Sequence record: OR062527 | Direction: 5' to 3' (one strand) | Length of the DNA stretch: 64,000 nucleotides | Source of the DNA: Escherichia phage vB_EcoM_11B_SA_NWU | Part shown: positions 37,559-48,056 of the stretch, in pieces | Numbering within the stretch: position 1 is the stretch's first letter | Layout: each line of letters begins with the position of its first letter | The notes under the pieces: model-generated | What the model saw: the letters and a program-made list of their open reading frames with translations, nothing else | The model's database searches: none | Told to the model about the DNA's origin: nothing | Program-made: the position numbers and the translations under genes

Positions 37559-37631
37559 GGTGACCGATGGGAGTTGAACCCATGACTACGAGAATCACAA
37601 TCTCGAGTTCTACCAACTGAACTACGGCCAC
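37559..37631 (-). tRNA. tRNA-His (anticodon GTG)
   Basis: Hand-folded; anticodon loop TTGTGAT; acceptor resembles E. coli tRNA-His but no encoded G-1 or CCA. Confidence 0.6.
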
Positions 37632-37745
37632 ATTAATACCTACTCCAACAATCAAGATGTCTTCACACGAAATTAAGAGAAGAGTGATCAGTTCAACCCC
37701 TATAATCGCGTCAAGTAGATATTAATGTGACAGTTGTCACAAATT

Positions 37746-37820
37746 TGGCGGACGTGATAGGATTCGAACCTATAACCAATCGCTTAACAGGCGATCGCTC
37801 TGCCATTGAGCTACACATCC
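37746..37820 (-). tRNA. tRNA-Asn (anticodon GTT)
   Basis: Hand-folded; anticodon loop CTGTTAA; CCA encoded. Confidence 0.7.
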
Positions 37821-37824
37821 AAAT

Positions 37825-37911
37825 TGGTGGGGAGTGATGGAGTCGAACCACCCGAGTCGTAATGACAATGAATTTACAGTCCACACCGCTACCTCTACGG
37901 GATAACTCCCC
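37825..37911 (-). tRNA. tRNA-Tyr (anticodon GTA), long variable arm
   Basis: Hand-folded; anticodon loop CTGTAAA; 15-nt variable arm; CCA encoded. Confidence 0.65.
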
Positions 37912-37920
37912 AAATTAATT

Positions 37921-37995
37921 TGGTGGCCCTGGGTGGAATTGAACCACCATCTGGCGATTATGAGTCGCTTGCTTGAACCTTCCAGCTACAGGGCC
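37921..37995 (-). tRNA. tRNA with CAT anticodon (Met or lysidine-modified Ile)
   Basis: Hand-folded; anticodon loop CTCATAA; CCA encoded. Confidence 0.65.
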
Positions 37996-37996
37996 T

Positions 37997-38072
37997 TGGT
38001 GCTGATTGACGGAATCGAACCGCCGACATCCTCATTACAAGTGAGGTGCTCTACCTACTGAGCTAAATCAGC
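37997..38072 (-). tRNA. tRNA-Thr (anticodon TGT)
   Basis: Hand-folded; anticodon loop CTTGTAA; CCA encoded. Confidence 0.75.
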
Positions 38073-38077
38073 AAAAC

Positions 38078-38167
38078 TGGCGGAGGCGATAGGATTCGAA
38101 CCTATGAGTCGCCGGAGCGACTGCCGGTTTTCAAGACCGGTGCATTCAACCACTCTGCCACGCCTCC
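38078..38167 (-). tRNA. tRNA-Ser (anticodon TGA), long variable arm
   Basis: Hand-folded; anticodon loop CTTGAAA; CCA encoded. Confidence 0.75.
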
Positions 38168-38169
38168 AG

Positions 38170-38243
38170 TCTCCATACAAGGATTTGAACCTTGGACCTC
38201 CTGATCCCAAATCAGGCGCTCTACCAAACTGAGCTACACGGAG
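38170..38243 (-). tRNA. tRNA-Pro (anticodon TGG)
   Basis: Hand-folded; anticodon loop TTTGGGA; CCA not encoded. Confidence 0.7.
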
Positions 38244-38253
38244 TAAATTAAAT

Positions 38254-38327
<74 letters not shown>

Positions 38328-38332
38328 AAATT

Positions 38333-38419
38333 TGGTGCGAGAAGTGGGACTCGAACCCACAAGGAAATCATTCCGCAGCATTTTAAGTGCTGTGCCTTTA
38401 CCAATTTGACCATTCTCGC
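38333..38419 (-). tRNA. tRNA-Leu (anticodon TAA), long variable arm
   Basis: Hand-folded; anticodon loop CTTAAAA; CCA encoded. Confidence 0.75.
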
Positions 38420-38420
38420 G

Positions 38421-38493
38421 CTGGGAATAAAGGATTCGAACCTTTGCATCCTGGAATCAAAATCCAGTGCCTTACCAACTTGGCTAATTCCCA
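38421..38493 (-). tRNA. tRNA-Gln (anticodon TTG)
   Basis: Hand-folded; anticodon loop TTTTGAT; U1-A72 acceptor pair. Confidence 0.7.
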
Positions 38494-38590
38494 ATTATTA
38501 ACAAAGGCTCTTTAGCAAGAACCCTTGATGATAGAGGGTATTAATCAGTGCGGTATGAGTTAATAATAACAAATAATTCTTAAAGCATAT

Positions 38591-38878
38591 TTACCATTTA
38601 TGATAATACATATTTACGATGCATTCAAGGCCCAAAGGATTCCTGAAAATATCATATTCAAGAGGACCTTTTTCTGTTTCAATAAAGAAATCAAAATTTA
38701 CTGTATTAAATTTACGGTCTTCCTTCACTAATTTAACTTGAGAAGATGAACGGTCAACATAAACCTTTTCAACTTCAAAACATGTTAAAACGCCATAATC
38801 ATCAATCAAGGCTTTAGCCGCGTCTTGATCATATTTATATCCATTTTCAATGGACGATACTTTAGCATAAAGAATCAT
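38591..38878 (-). CDS. hypothetical protein
   Basis: 95-aa ORF. Confidence 0.45.
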   Translation of the reverse strand: MILYAKVSSIENGYKYDQDAAKALIDDYGVLTCFEVEKVYVDRSSSQVKLVKEDRKFNTVNFDFFIETEKGPLEYDIFRNPLGLECIVNMYYHKW

Positions 38879-38881
38879 TAT

Positions 38882-39271
38882 TTACCCTTCATCAACAATA
38901 GTATGAGTGTGGGCATTTACAATTTGCCACCAATCAAAGCGATTAGAACCATACATCGGTTTGTTTTCATTTTCTTTGATAATATCACGAAGTTCATCTT
39001 CAGTAGCGGCTTTCGCGATTAAATCAGCATATCCACCACGAGGATAATAATTATCACCTGCAAAAAGTAAAAAGTTTGGTTTAATGTTATTGAACTCTTC
39101 AAGAGTAATAACTGTTCCACCAGGTTGAACAATCTCTACATATTTATATCCTAATTTTTGAGCAGCATCTACTGCTTCAAGCAGGGTATCATGAGCCCAT
39201 CCAATTTGGCAATCTGGCTTTTCAGATGGATTAGCCTGATAATCCGCGTACACTTTATACATTCTATTCAC
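38882..39271 (-). CDS. hypothetical protein
   Basis: 129-aa ORF. Confidence 0.45.
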   Translation of the reverse strand: MNRMYKVYADYQANPSEKPDCQIGWAHDTLLEAVDAAQKLGYKYVEIVQPGGTVITLEEFNNIKPNFLLFAGDNYYPRGGYADLIAKAATEDELRDIIKENENKPMYGSNRFDWWQIVNAHTHTIVDEG

Positions 39272-39449
39272 CTTTAGAAATTTTATCCATAACGATAGCG
39301 ATTAAACCAATTAAAAATGCTACTACAAGTGAAAAAACATTTTCTGCTGTAGTTAATAATCCGCATATAAATCCAACAAACATTGAAAAACTAAAAGCGG
39401 AAGCAGAAATTGCAATAGCAACATTTCGAATTAATTCACAGCGTTTCAT
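39264..39449 (-). CDS. small membrane protein
   Basis: 61 aa, hydrophobic; follows promoter-leader repeat. Confidence 0.45.
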   Translation of the reverse strand: MKRCELIRNVAIAISASAFSFSMFVGFICGLLTTAENVFSLVVAFLIGLIAIVMDKISKGE

Positions 39450-39477
39450 TTTATTCTCCTCAGTAGTTGATAGGGTA

Positions 39478-39507
39478 ATAGTATCACAACTAAAACCCTA
39501 TGTAAAC
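39478..39507 (-). promoter_or_regulatory. T4-type early promoter with conserved leader
   Basis: GTTTAC...TACTAT...CTATCAACTACTGAGGAGAATAAAATG on minus strand. Confidence 0.5.
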
Positions 39508-39519
39508 AACTTTGTGAAA

Positions 39520-40216
<697 letters not shown>

Positions 40217-40217
<1 letters not shown>

Positions 40218-40930
40218 TATAGTACCTTTAGTGTATTTTTAATTTTAGAAAAAAGTTCTTCAAGAGAACCATCGTTTGTAATTACTAAATCACCATCACG
40301 AATTGGCAATCCAGCTTCTGTAATATGTGTATCATTGGATTTTTGACCAGGACGAACTACATGAATTACTGTAGCACCCATCGCCCTAGCCGCATCCATT
40401 TCATGATCTTGACGAGTATCAGGAACGATATAATAATCATAACCTGAGTTAAATTTATCAAGATAATCTAAAGCAAATAATTTTACCCAATACATGCGGT
40501 CGAAGTTATTAACAATCAAATCCGTACCTAGGGCTTGCATCAGACGACGGACTGACCATTGATCTTCAATATTATTTATAACGTCAATAATCTTGTTAAA
40601 TGCTACGGAATTAACTGCGTCATCAAAAACAAACACACCTTTAATTGGGCTTTTACTATTAAGATAGCAAAATGCTTGTTCCATAATCGTGATTACTTCT
40701 AATTTAGTCAGATTTAAATTAGTCTCACGATCATAGTCAATTCCTTCAAACTCTTTACGAGTTAAGCAAGGATAGTCAGTGTTTGCTGCAAATACGCCCC
40801 ATGCATAAGCCAATGCATCCTTAATAGGACCAGCAAGTTGGTATTTAACTGCAGAATAATTGCTCATGATAAAATCAGCAGTAGTATCTTTTCCACTACG
40901 CTTTACACCGCTTAAAAAGATTAGTTTCAT
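40217..40930 (-). CDS. 1: Deoxynucleoside monophosphate kinase gp1
   Basis: Start MKLIFLSGVKRSGKDT with GAGGAG RBS. Confidence 0.85.
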
Positions 40931-40955
40931 GTGTTTCTCCTCAAATTTAATTAAG

Positions 40956-40979
40956 ATTATAACACACAAAACTGAAGCA
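40956..40979 (-). promoter_or_regulatory. Middle (MotA-box) promoter upstream of gene 1
   Basis: Minus strand TGCTTCA then 11 nt then TATAAT. Confidence 0.45.
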
Positions 40980-41510
40980 TTAAACTTCTGCTATAATTTT
41001 TCCATCTTTTTCTACTTGAAAATAGGTGTAAGGAATCGTTGCAGTACATACTAAGGCCGGGTCTGAATCTTCTGTGTAGCTAAATTCTACTTCAGATAGG
41101 TCAGAAACCCAAGGCTTATAAAAATTTATTGACATCACGATTTCAGTTTTACTATTATCTAAAATGTAAAGCGTAATGTACTCAGGACCTGTTTTTTGGG
41201 CAGTATTTTCACCTGTAAGATAGTTACTAGTTCCTAGCATCCATTCATACATTCCTATCCACGACTTAAGTTCTTCATCAACTATAAATCTCACGATGAG
41301 TGGATCGTACTCAAATGTAACTCCTGGACGTTGTGCTCGGCCCAGTCCAAATGGCCCAGTCACGGTATCAGTAACAGGTATTCTAATTCCTGGAATAGGA
41401 ACTGACTGGGCATTTAAAGTAAAAGCAGATGTAGTATTACTATGTGGTATTGATACTACAAAGTTAGTTGTATTTGCTTGGTTAAAAATTTGTTGCAGAG
41501 CTTGCGACAT
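40980..41510 (-). CDS. 3: Tail completion / sheath stabiliser gp3
   Basis: Start taken at MSQALQQIFNQANTTNF giving 176 aa as in T4 gp3. Confidence 0.8.
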   Translation of the reverse strand: MSQALQQIFNQANTTNFVVSIPHSNTTSAFTLNAQSVPIPGIRIPVTDTVTGPFGLGRAQRPGVTFEYDPLIVRFIVDEELKSWIGMYEWMLGTSNYLTGENTAQKTGPEYITLYILDNSKTEIVMSINFYKPWVSDLSEVEFSYTEDSDPALVCTATIPYTYFQVEKDGKIIAEV

Positions 41511-41616
41511 ATATTCCTCATAATGCTTTATAACTGTTGGTGGTATAATGGGTCTAAGTCCCTTCCATTCAATTCCATTTAGAACAAACAACAGAAAAGA
41601 ATGGAAGATAATAGAA

Positions 41617-42441
41617 TTAGATATTTGACCAGACTTTGTTTGCAGAGAAACGTTTTCCTTTTGAAACGAACTGCTGAAGTGGCATCAACACAACGTTCGC
41701 CCAATCTTTCGGGGCGATTTCAACAAGGCTACCCATAATATTACCGGGTATATATGCCTTAATCATTTGGTCTGCACCCCTAAATCCTTTCACTTGACTC
41801 CAATCAATTTTTAATTTCGTTTTATTAGTAATAGTAGGTGTATTTGCATATTGCTTTAAAAGCTCTTCTAGAAATTGCTGACGAGCTTTAGGTGGAATAT
41901 AGTGCAAGTTTAATCCGTACATTAAATTATGCTTACCTAAACCAAGGTAAATTATCAAAGGAAATTTATCCCAGTAAGGAAGAGTTTCCTTGTGTTTAGC
42001 ATCATAAGCAAAAGCATATATTCGTCCCGGCTGCGGGCGAACAACTTTATGTCCTTTTACTTGCTTAATAGTTTCAGCAAACCATTTTCTGGTTTTATTA
42101 TTAATTGCTGCACCTTCATTACGAATTTTATCGCGCAATGTTTGTCTGAATGAATTTATCATAAGCAGTTGTCTTTCTTGCTTATTGAGCTTATTCATTG
42201 GTTTTGATTCAAGCTTTTGAATCTTTTCAGCTGTTTTAATTCCTGAAGCATATTTTGACATTGCCGAAGTAAACGTAGAGTATTTGATTCCTCTTTCTTC
42301 AGCAAATTGTTTTCCTGTCATTCCTTTTGCTTTGGCCTTTTTATATTCAAGACCTATTTGAATCCATTTCTTTTCGTTTAATGATTGCTTAACCTTTGGA
42401 ACTTGGGGAGTGCTTTCATTAATTATTTGAAAAATAGCCAT
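41617..42441 (-). CDS. 2: DNA end-protector protein gp2
   Basis: 274 aa; position between genes 3 and 4. Confidence 0.8.
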
Positions 42442-42893
42442 TATGCCCCCTTAAAGCCAAGAGCTCGTAATCCATCTTCTGTTAGAATTCTAAATTTTAT
42501 TCCACGCTTTTCAGCTAAAGATTGTGCTGCTTTCCATTTGTCAGTGTTCACAGACCAGGTATAAATTTCATTCATAAATCTTTTCTTCGCTGCGGTTGTT
42601 AGATGTGCTGGTTTAACTGGTGGTTGTGTTTCTTTTTTAGGTTTTATTTCAATAAAAAATTCTTGTCCAGAAGAATCTTTCATCCAAATATCCATGAAGT
42701 ATCTACGTTTTTTCCCTTCTGCATTACAAAAATAAGGAATTACTGCTGTTTCACTACCCCATGCAATAATTTCTGGATTTTTATCTAACCATTCAAAAAA
42801 GAATTTTTCCCAATTTGATCTATACGTAATTTTTTTAGGGTCACCTCTATATTTTGATATATTTTTAGGAACCCATTTTCCAGAATATGCCAT
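42441..42893 (-). CDS. 4: Head completion protein gp4
   Basis: 150 aa; divergent from gene 53 across a late-promoter region. Confidence 0.8.
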
Positions 42894-42904
42894 TGGATTC
42901 TCCT

Positions 42905-42912
42905 TATAAATA
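42905..42912 (+). promoter_or_regulatory. Late promoter (TATAAATA) for gene 53
   Basis: TATAAATA 29 nt upstream of ATG with AGGAGG RBS. Confidence 0.6.
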
Positions 42913-42919
42913 GATAATA

Positions 42920-42927
42920 TATTTATA
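42920..42927 (-). promoter_or_regulatory. Late promoter (TATAAATA) for gene 4
   Basis: Minus strand TATAAATA about 27 nt upstream of gene 4 ATG. Confidence 0.6.
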
Positions 42928-42940
42928 AACAGGAGGGCCC

Positions 42941-43531
42941 ATGCTCTTTACATTTTTTGATCCGATTGAATATGCGGCCAAAACGGTGAATAAAAACGCG
43001 CCGACTATTCCTATGACAGATATTTTTAGAAACTATAAAGACTATTTTAAACGCGCTCTTGCGGGATACCGCTTACGTACTTATTATATTAAAGGTTCAC
43101 CACGCCCGGAAGAATTAGCAAATACTATATATGGAAATCCGCAGTTGTATTGGGTTTTATTGATGTGTAATGATAATTATGACCCGTACTATGGATGGAT
43201 TACTTCGCAAGAAGCTGCTTATCAAGCATCTATACAAAAATACAAAAACGTAGGTGGAGACCAAATAGTATATCATATGAATGAGAACGGTGAAAAATTT
43301 TATAATTTAATATCATACGATGATAATCCATATGTTTGGTATGACAAAGGCGATAAAGCTAGAAAATATCCTCAATATGAAGGAGCGCTTGCTGCGGTCG
43401 ATACGTATGAAGCTGCTGTTCTTGAAAATGAAAAACTTCGTCAAATAAAAATAATAGCAAAATCAGACATCAATTCATTTATGAACGACCTTATACGTAT
43501 AATGGAGAAATCTTATGGAAATGATAAGTAA
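42941..43531 (+). CDS. 53: Baseplate wedge protein gp53
   Basis: 196 aa; first gene of late baseplate cluster. Confidence 0.85.
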   Translation: MLFTFFDPIEYAAKTVNKNAPTIPMTDIFRNYKDYFKRALAGYRLRTYYIKGSPRPEELANTIYGNPQLYWVLLMCNDNYDPYYGWITSQEAAYQASIQKYKNVGGDQIVYHMNENGEKFYNLISYDDNPYVWYDKGDKARKYPQYEGALAAVDTYEAAVLENEKLRQIKIIAKSDINSFMNDLIRIMEKSYGNDK

Positions 43532-45242
43532 TAACCTTAATTGGTTTGTTGGTGTTGTTGAAGATAGAATGGACCCATTAAAATTAGGTCGTGTTCGTGT
43601 TCGTGTGGTTGGTCTGCATCCACCCCAAAGAGCGCAAGGCGATGTAATGGGTATTCCAACCGATAAATTACCATGGATGTCAGTTATTCAACCTATAACT
43701 TCTGCAGCAATGTCTGGAATTGGAGGTTCTGTTACAGGGCCAGTAGAAGGAACTAGAGTTTATGGTCATTTTTTAGACAAATGGAAAACTAACGGAATTG
43801 TCCTTGGCACGTATGGTGGGATAGTTCACGAAAAACCTAATAGACTTGAAGGATTTTCTGACCCAACTGGGCAGTATCCTAGACGTTTAGGAAATGATAC
43901 TAACGTATTAAACCAAGGCGGAGAAGTAGGATATGATTCGTCTTCTAATATTATCCAAGATAGCAATCTAGACACTGCGATAAATCCTGATGATAGACCG
44001 CTATCAGAGATTCCAACCGATGATAATCCAAATATGTCAATGGCTGAAATGCTTCGCCGTGATGAAGGATTAAGACTAAAAGTTTATTGGGATACCGAAG
44101 GATATCCGACAATTGGTATTGGTCATCTTATCATGAAGCAGCCAGTTCGTGATATGACCCAAATTAATAAAGTTTTATCAAAACAAGTTGGTCGTGAAAT
44201 TACAGGAAATCCAGGTTCTATTACAATGGAAGAGGCGACGACTTTATTTGAGCGTGATTTGGCTGATATGCAACGTGACATTAAATCACATTCTAAAGTA
44301 GGACCAGTCTGGCAAGCTGTCAACCGTTCTCGCCAAATGGCATTAGAAAATATGGCATTTCAGATGGGTGTTGGCGGTGTAGCTAAATTTAACACAATGT
44401 TAACTGCTATGTTAGCAGGAGATTGGGAAAAAGCATATAAAGCCGGTCGTGATTCATTGTGGTATCAACAAACAAAAGGCCGTGCATCCCGTGTTACCAT
44501 GATTATTCTTACGGGGAATTTGGAATCATATGGTGTTGAAGTGAAAACTCCAGCTAGGTCTTTGTCGGCAATGGCTGCTACTGTGGCGAAGTCTTCTGAT
44601 CCAGCTGACCCTCCTATTCCAAATGACTCAAGAATTTTATTCAAAGAACCAGTTTCTTCATATAAAGGCGAATATCCTTATGTGCATACAATGGAAACTG
44701 AAAGTGGACATATTCAGGAATTTGATGATACCCCTGGGCAAGAACGATATAGATTAGTTCATCCAACTGGAACTTATGAAGAAGTATCACCGTCAGGGAG
44801 AAGAACAAGAAAAACAGTTGATAATTTATATGATATAACAAACGCCGACGGTAATTTTTTGGTTGCTGGAGATAAAAAGACCAATGTTGGCGGATCTGAA
44901 ATTTATTACAACATGGATAATCGTCTTCACCAAATAGATGGAAGCAATACGATATTTGTTCGAGGCGATGAAACTAAGACGGTTGAAGGTAATGGAACTA
45001 TCCTAGTCAAAGGTAATGTTACTATTGTAGTTGAAGGTAATGCTGACATTACAGTTAAAGGAGATGCTACCACTTTAGTTGAAGGTAATCAAACTAATAC
45101 AGTAAATGGAAATCTTTCTTGGAAAGTTGCTGGGACAGTTGATTGGGACGTTGGTGGTGATTGGACAGAAAAAATGGCATCTATGAGTTCTATTTCATCT
45201 GGTCAATACACAATTGATGGATCGAGGATTGACATTGGCTAA
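43515..45242 (+). CDS. 5: Baseplate hub/tail lysozyme gp5
   Basis: 575 aa; internal lysozyme domain EMLRRDEGLRLKVYWDTEGYPTIGIGHLI paralogous to e; C-terminal VEGN beta-helix repeats. Confidence 0.92.
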   Translation: MEMISNNLNWFVGVVEDRMDPLKLGRVRVRVVGLHPPQRAQGDVMGIPTDKLPWMSVIQPITSAAMSGIGGSVTGPVEGTRVYGHFLDKWKTNGIVLGTYGGIVHEKPNRLEGFSDPTGQYPRRLGNDTNVLNQGGEVGYDSSSNIIQDSNLDTAINPDDRPLSEIPTDDNPNMSMAEMLRRDEGLRLKVYWDTEGYPTIGIGHLIMKQPVRDMTQINKVLSKQVGREITGNPGSITMEEATTLFERDLADMQRDIKSHSKVGPVWQAVNRSRQMALENMAFQMGVGGVAKFNTMLTAMLAGDWEKAYKAGRDSLWYQQTKGRASRVTMIILTGNLESYGVEVKTPARSLSAMAATVAKSSDPADPPIPNDSRILFKEPVSSYKGEYPYVHTMETESGHIQEFDDTPGQERYRLVHPTGTYEEVSPSGRRTRKTVDNLYDITNADGNFLVAGDKKTNVGGSEIYYNMDNRLHQIDGSNTIFVRGDETKTVEGNGTILVKGNVTIVVEGNADITVKGDATTLVEGNQTNTVNGNLSWKVAGTVDWDVGGDWTEKMASMSSISSGQYTIDGSRIDIG

Positions 45243-45276
45243 TATACTTCCAATGAGCGCTGATTTAGGAGAATCC

Positions 45277-45771
45277 ATGGAAGGTTCTTCTATCGACGTC
45301 ACCTTTACCGCTCAATTAGAAACAGGTGAAACGTTAGTATCTATAAATATAACTAGTTACGAAGAAACTCCTGGGGTTTTAGTAGAAGAAAATCGCTTAT
45401 ACGGAACATATGAATCTGTGTTTGGATTTGGAAATGACGCGTTGAAATATCGTTTAGGTGATGAATTTAAAACTGCTGCTTCATGGGAAGAACTTCCTAC
45501 TGATTCTGACACTCAGTTGTATTTGTGGAAAGCTCCTCAGAATCTCCAGAAGAAATTCACTTACGAAGTAACATTAATATATGACTACCAAGAACAAAGT
45601 GAATCTGGAGGTTCTGGCAGTAATTCTAGGTCATCTTCTGATACTACTGAACCAACAGATCCTCCTGCTCCAGTAAGAAAAACTCTCGTTAAAAATTATA
45701 CTAAAACTATAGTTGGAAATTGGAGTCGTTGGGCTAATAAATTAAGAAGCTATGTGTATGAGAGGTCATAG
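45277..45771 (+). CDS. gp5.1-position protein
   Basis: Start at MEGSSIDV with AGGAGA RBS; tracked ORF begins earlier inside gene 5. Confidence 0.5.
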
Positions 45772-46065
45772 ATGTCAGGATTAAGTTATGATAAATGCGT
45801 TACTGCTGGTCATGAAGCATGGCCTCCAACAGTTGTGAATGCTACACAAAGTAAAGTATTCACTGGAGGAATTGCTGTTCTCGTAGCAGGTGATCCAATT
45901 ACAGAACATACAGAAATTAAAAAGCCATATGAAACACATGGCGGAGTGACACAACCTAGAACTTCTAAGGTATATGTCACAGGAAAGAAAGCTGTTCAAA
46001 TGGCTGATCCAATATCATGCGGTGATACTGTGGCTCAGGCATCATCTAAAGTATTCATTAAATAG
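45772..46065 (+). CDS. 5.4: PAAR-repeat spike tip protein gp5.4
   Basis: 97 aa; start overlaps preceding stop. Confidence 0.8.
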
Positions 46066-46073
46066 GATTTAAA

Positions 46074-48056
46074 ATGGCAAATACCCCTGTAAATTATCAA
46101 TTAACAAGAACAGCAAATGCTATTCCCGAGATATTCGTCGGGGGTACGTTTGCTGAAATAAAACAAAACCTCATTGAATGGCTTAATGGCCAAAATGAAT
46201 TTTTGGATTATGATTTTGAAGGCTCAAGATTAAACGTTCTGTGCGACCTTTTAGCTTATAATACATTGTACATTCAGCAGTTTGGTAATGCTGCTGTGTA
46301 TGAAAGCTTTATGCGTACTGCTAACTTACGAAGTTCAGTTGTTCAGGCTGCACAAGATAATGGATATTTACCTACTTCAAAATCCGCTGCACAGACCGAA
46401 ATTATGTTAACATGCACCGACGCATTGAATAGGAATTACATTACTATTCCTCGCGGAACTCGCTTTTTAGCATATGCAAAAGATACTTCTGTTAATCCAT
46501 ATAACTTCGTTTCTACCGAAGACGTTATTGCTATTCGTGATAAAAATAACCAATATTTTCCACGTTTAAAATTAGCCCAAGGACGTATAGTAAGAACTGA
46601 AATCATTTATGATAAATTAACACCTATTATCATTTATGACAAAAACATAGATAGAAACCAAGTTAAACTATACGTTGATGGAGCAGAATGGATTAACTGG
46701 ACAAGAAAGTCAATGGTTCATGCTGGTTCTACATCAACAATTTACTACATGCGTGAAACTATTGATGGAAACACTGAATTCTATTTTGGCGAAGGTGAAA
46801 TTTCTGTTAATGCGGCAGAAGGAGCTCTAACTGCTAACTATATTGGAGGTCTTAAGCCTACCCAGAACTCTACTATTGTTATTGAGTACATCAGTACTAA
46901 CGGTGCAGATGCGAATGGTGCAGTCGGATTTTCATACGCAGATACATTAACAAATATAACTGTCATCAATATTAACGAAAATCCAAATGATGACCCAGAT
47001 TTTGTTGGGGCAGATGGCGGTGGCGATCCAGAAGATATTGAGCGTATTCGCGAATTGGGTACTATTAAACGCGAAACCCAGCAACGCTGCGTAACTGCGA
47101 CCGACTATGATACATTCGTTTCAGAGAGATTTGGTTCTATTATTCAAGCTGTGCAGACTTTCACTGATTCTACTAAACCTGGGTATGCATTTATTGCTGC
47201 TAAACCTAAATCAGGACTATATTTAACTACTGTGCAACGTGAAGATATTAAAAATTATCTCAAAGACTATAATTTAGCGCCTATTACACCGTCAATTATT
47301 TCTCCTAATTATCTTTTTATTAAGACTAATTTAAAAGTCACATATGCTTTAAATAAACTACAAGAATCCGAACAGTGGCTTGAAGGTCAAATAATTGATA
47401 AAATTGATCGCTATTATACCGAAGATGTAGAAATTTTTAACTCATCTTTTGCCAAGTCTAAGATGTTAACTTACGTAGATGATGCAGATCATTCTATCAT
47501 TGGTTCATCAGCGACTATTCAAATTGTTCGTGAAGTACAAAACTTCTATAAAACGCCTGAAGCAGGTATTAAATACAATAATCAAATAAAAGATCGTTCT
47601 ATGGAATCTAATACGTTTTCATTTAATTCTGGACGAAAGGTTGTAAATCCTGATACCGGTTTAGAAGAAGATGTATTATATGACGTTCGTATAGTATCAA
47701 CAGACCGAGATTCTAAAGGAATTGGTAAAGTTATTATTGGTCCATTTGCTTCTGGCGATGTTACAGAAAATGAAAACATTCAGCCGTATACAGGCAACGA
47801 TTTTAACAAATTAGCAAATTCTGATGGACGCGACAAATACTATGTTATCGGTGAAATAAATTATCCAGCTGACATGATTTATTGGAATATCGCTAAAATT
47901 AATTTAACATCTGAAAAATTTGAAGTTCAGACTATTGAATTATATTCTGACCCAACCGATGATGTTATCTTTACTCGCGATGGTTCACTGATTGTATTTG
48001 AAAATGACTTACGTCCACAATACTTAACTATCGATTTGGAGCCTATATCACAATGA
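46074..48056 (+). CDS. 6: Baseplate wedge protein gp6
   Basis: 660 aa. Confidence 0.88.
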   Translation: MANTPVNYQLTRTANAIPEIFVGGTFAEIKQNLIEWLNGQNEFLDYDFEGSRLNVLCDLLAYNTLYIQQFGNAAVYESFMRTANLRSSVVQAAQDNGYLPTSKSAAQTEIMLTCTDALNRNYITIPRGTRFLAYAKDTSVNPYNFVSTEDVIAIRDKNNQYFPRLKLAQGRIVRTEIIYDKLTPIIIYDKNIDRNQVKLYVDGAEWINWTRKSMVHAGSTSTIYYMRETIDGNTEFYFGEGEISVNAAEGALTANYIGGLKPTQNSTIVIEYISTNGADANGAVGFSYADTLTNITVININENPNDDPDFVGADGGGDPEDIERIRELGTIKRETQQRCVTATDYDTFVSERFGSIIQAVQTFTDSTKPGYAFIAAKPKSGLYLTTVQREDIKNYLKDYNLAPITPSIISPNYLFIKTNLKVTYALNKLQESEQWLEGQIIDKIDRYYTEDVEIFNSSFAKSKMLTYVDDADHSIIGSSATIQIVREVQNFYKTPEAGIKYNNQIKDRSMESNTFSFNSGRKVVNPDTGLEEDVLYDVRIVSTDRDSKGIGKVIIGPFASGDVTENENIQPYTGNDFNKLANSDGRDKYYVIGEINYPADMIYWNIAKINLTSEKFEVQTIELYSDPTDDVIFTRDGSLIVFENDLRPQYLTIDLEPISQ

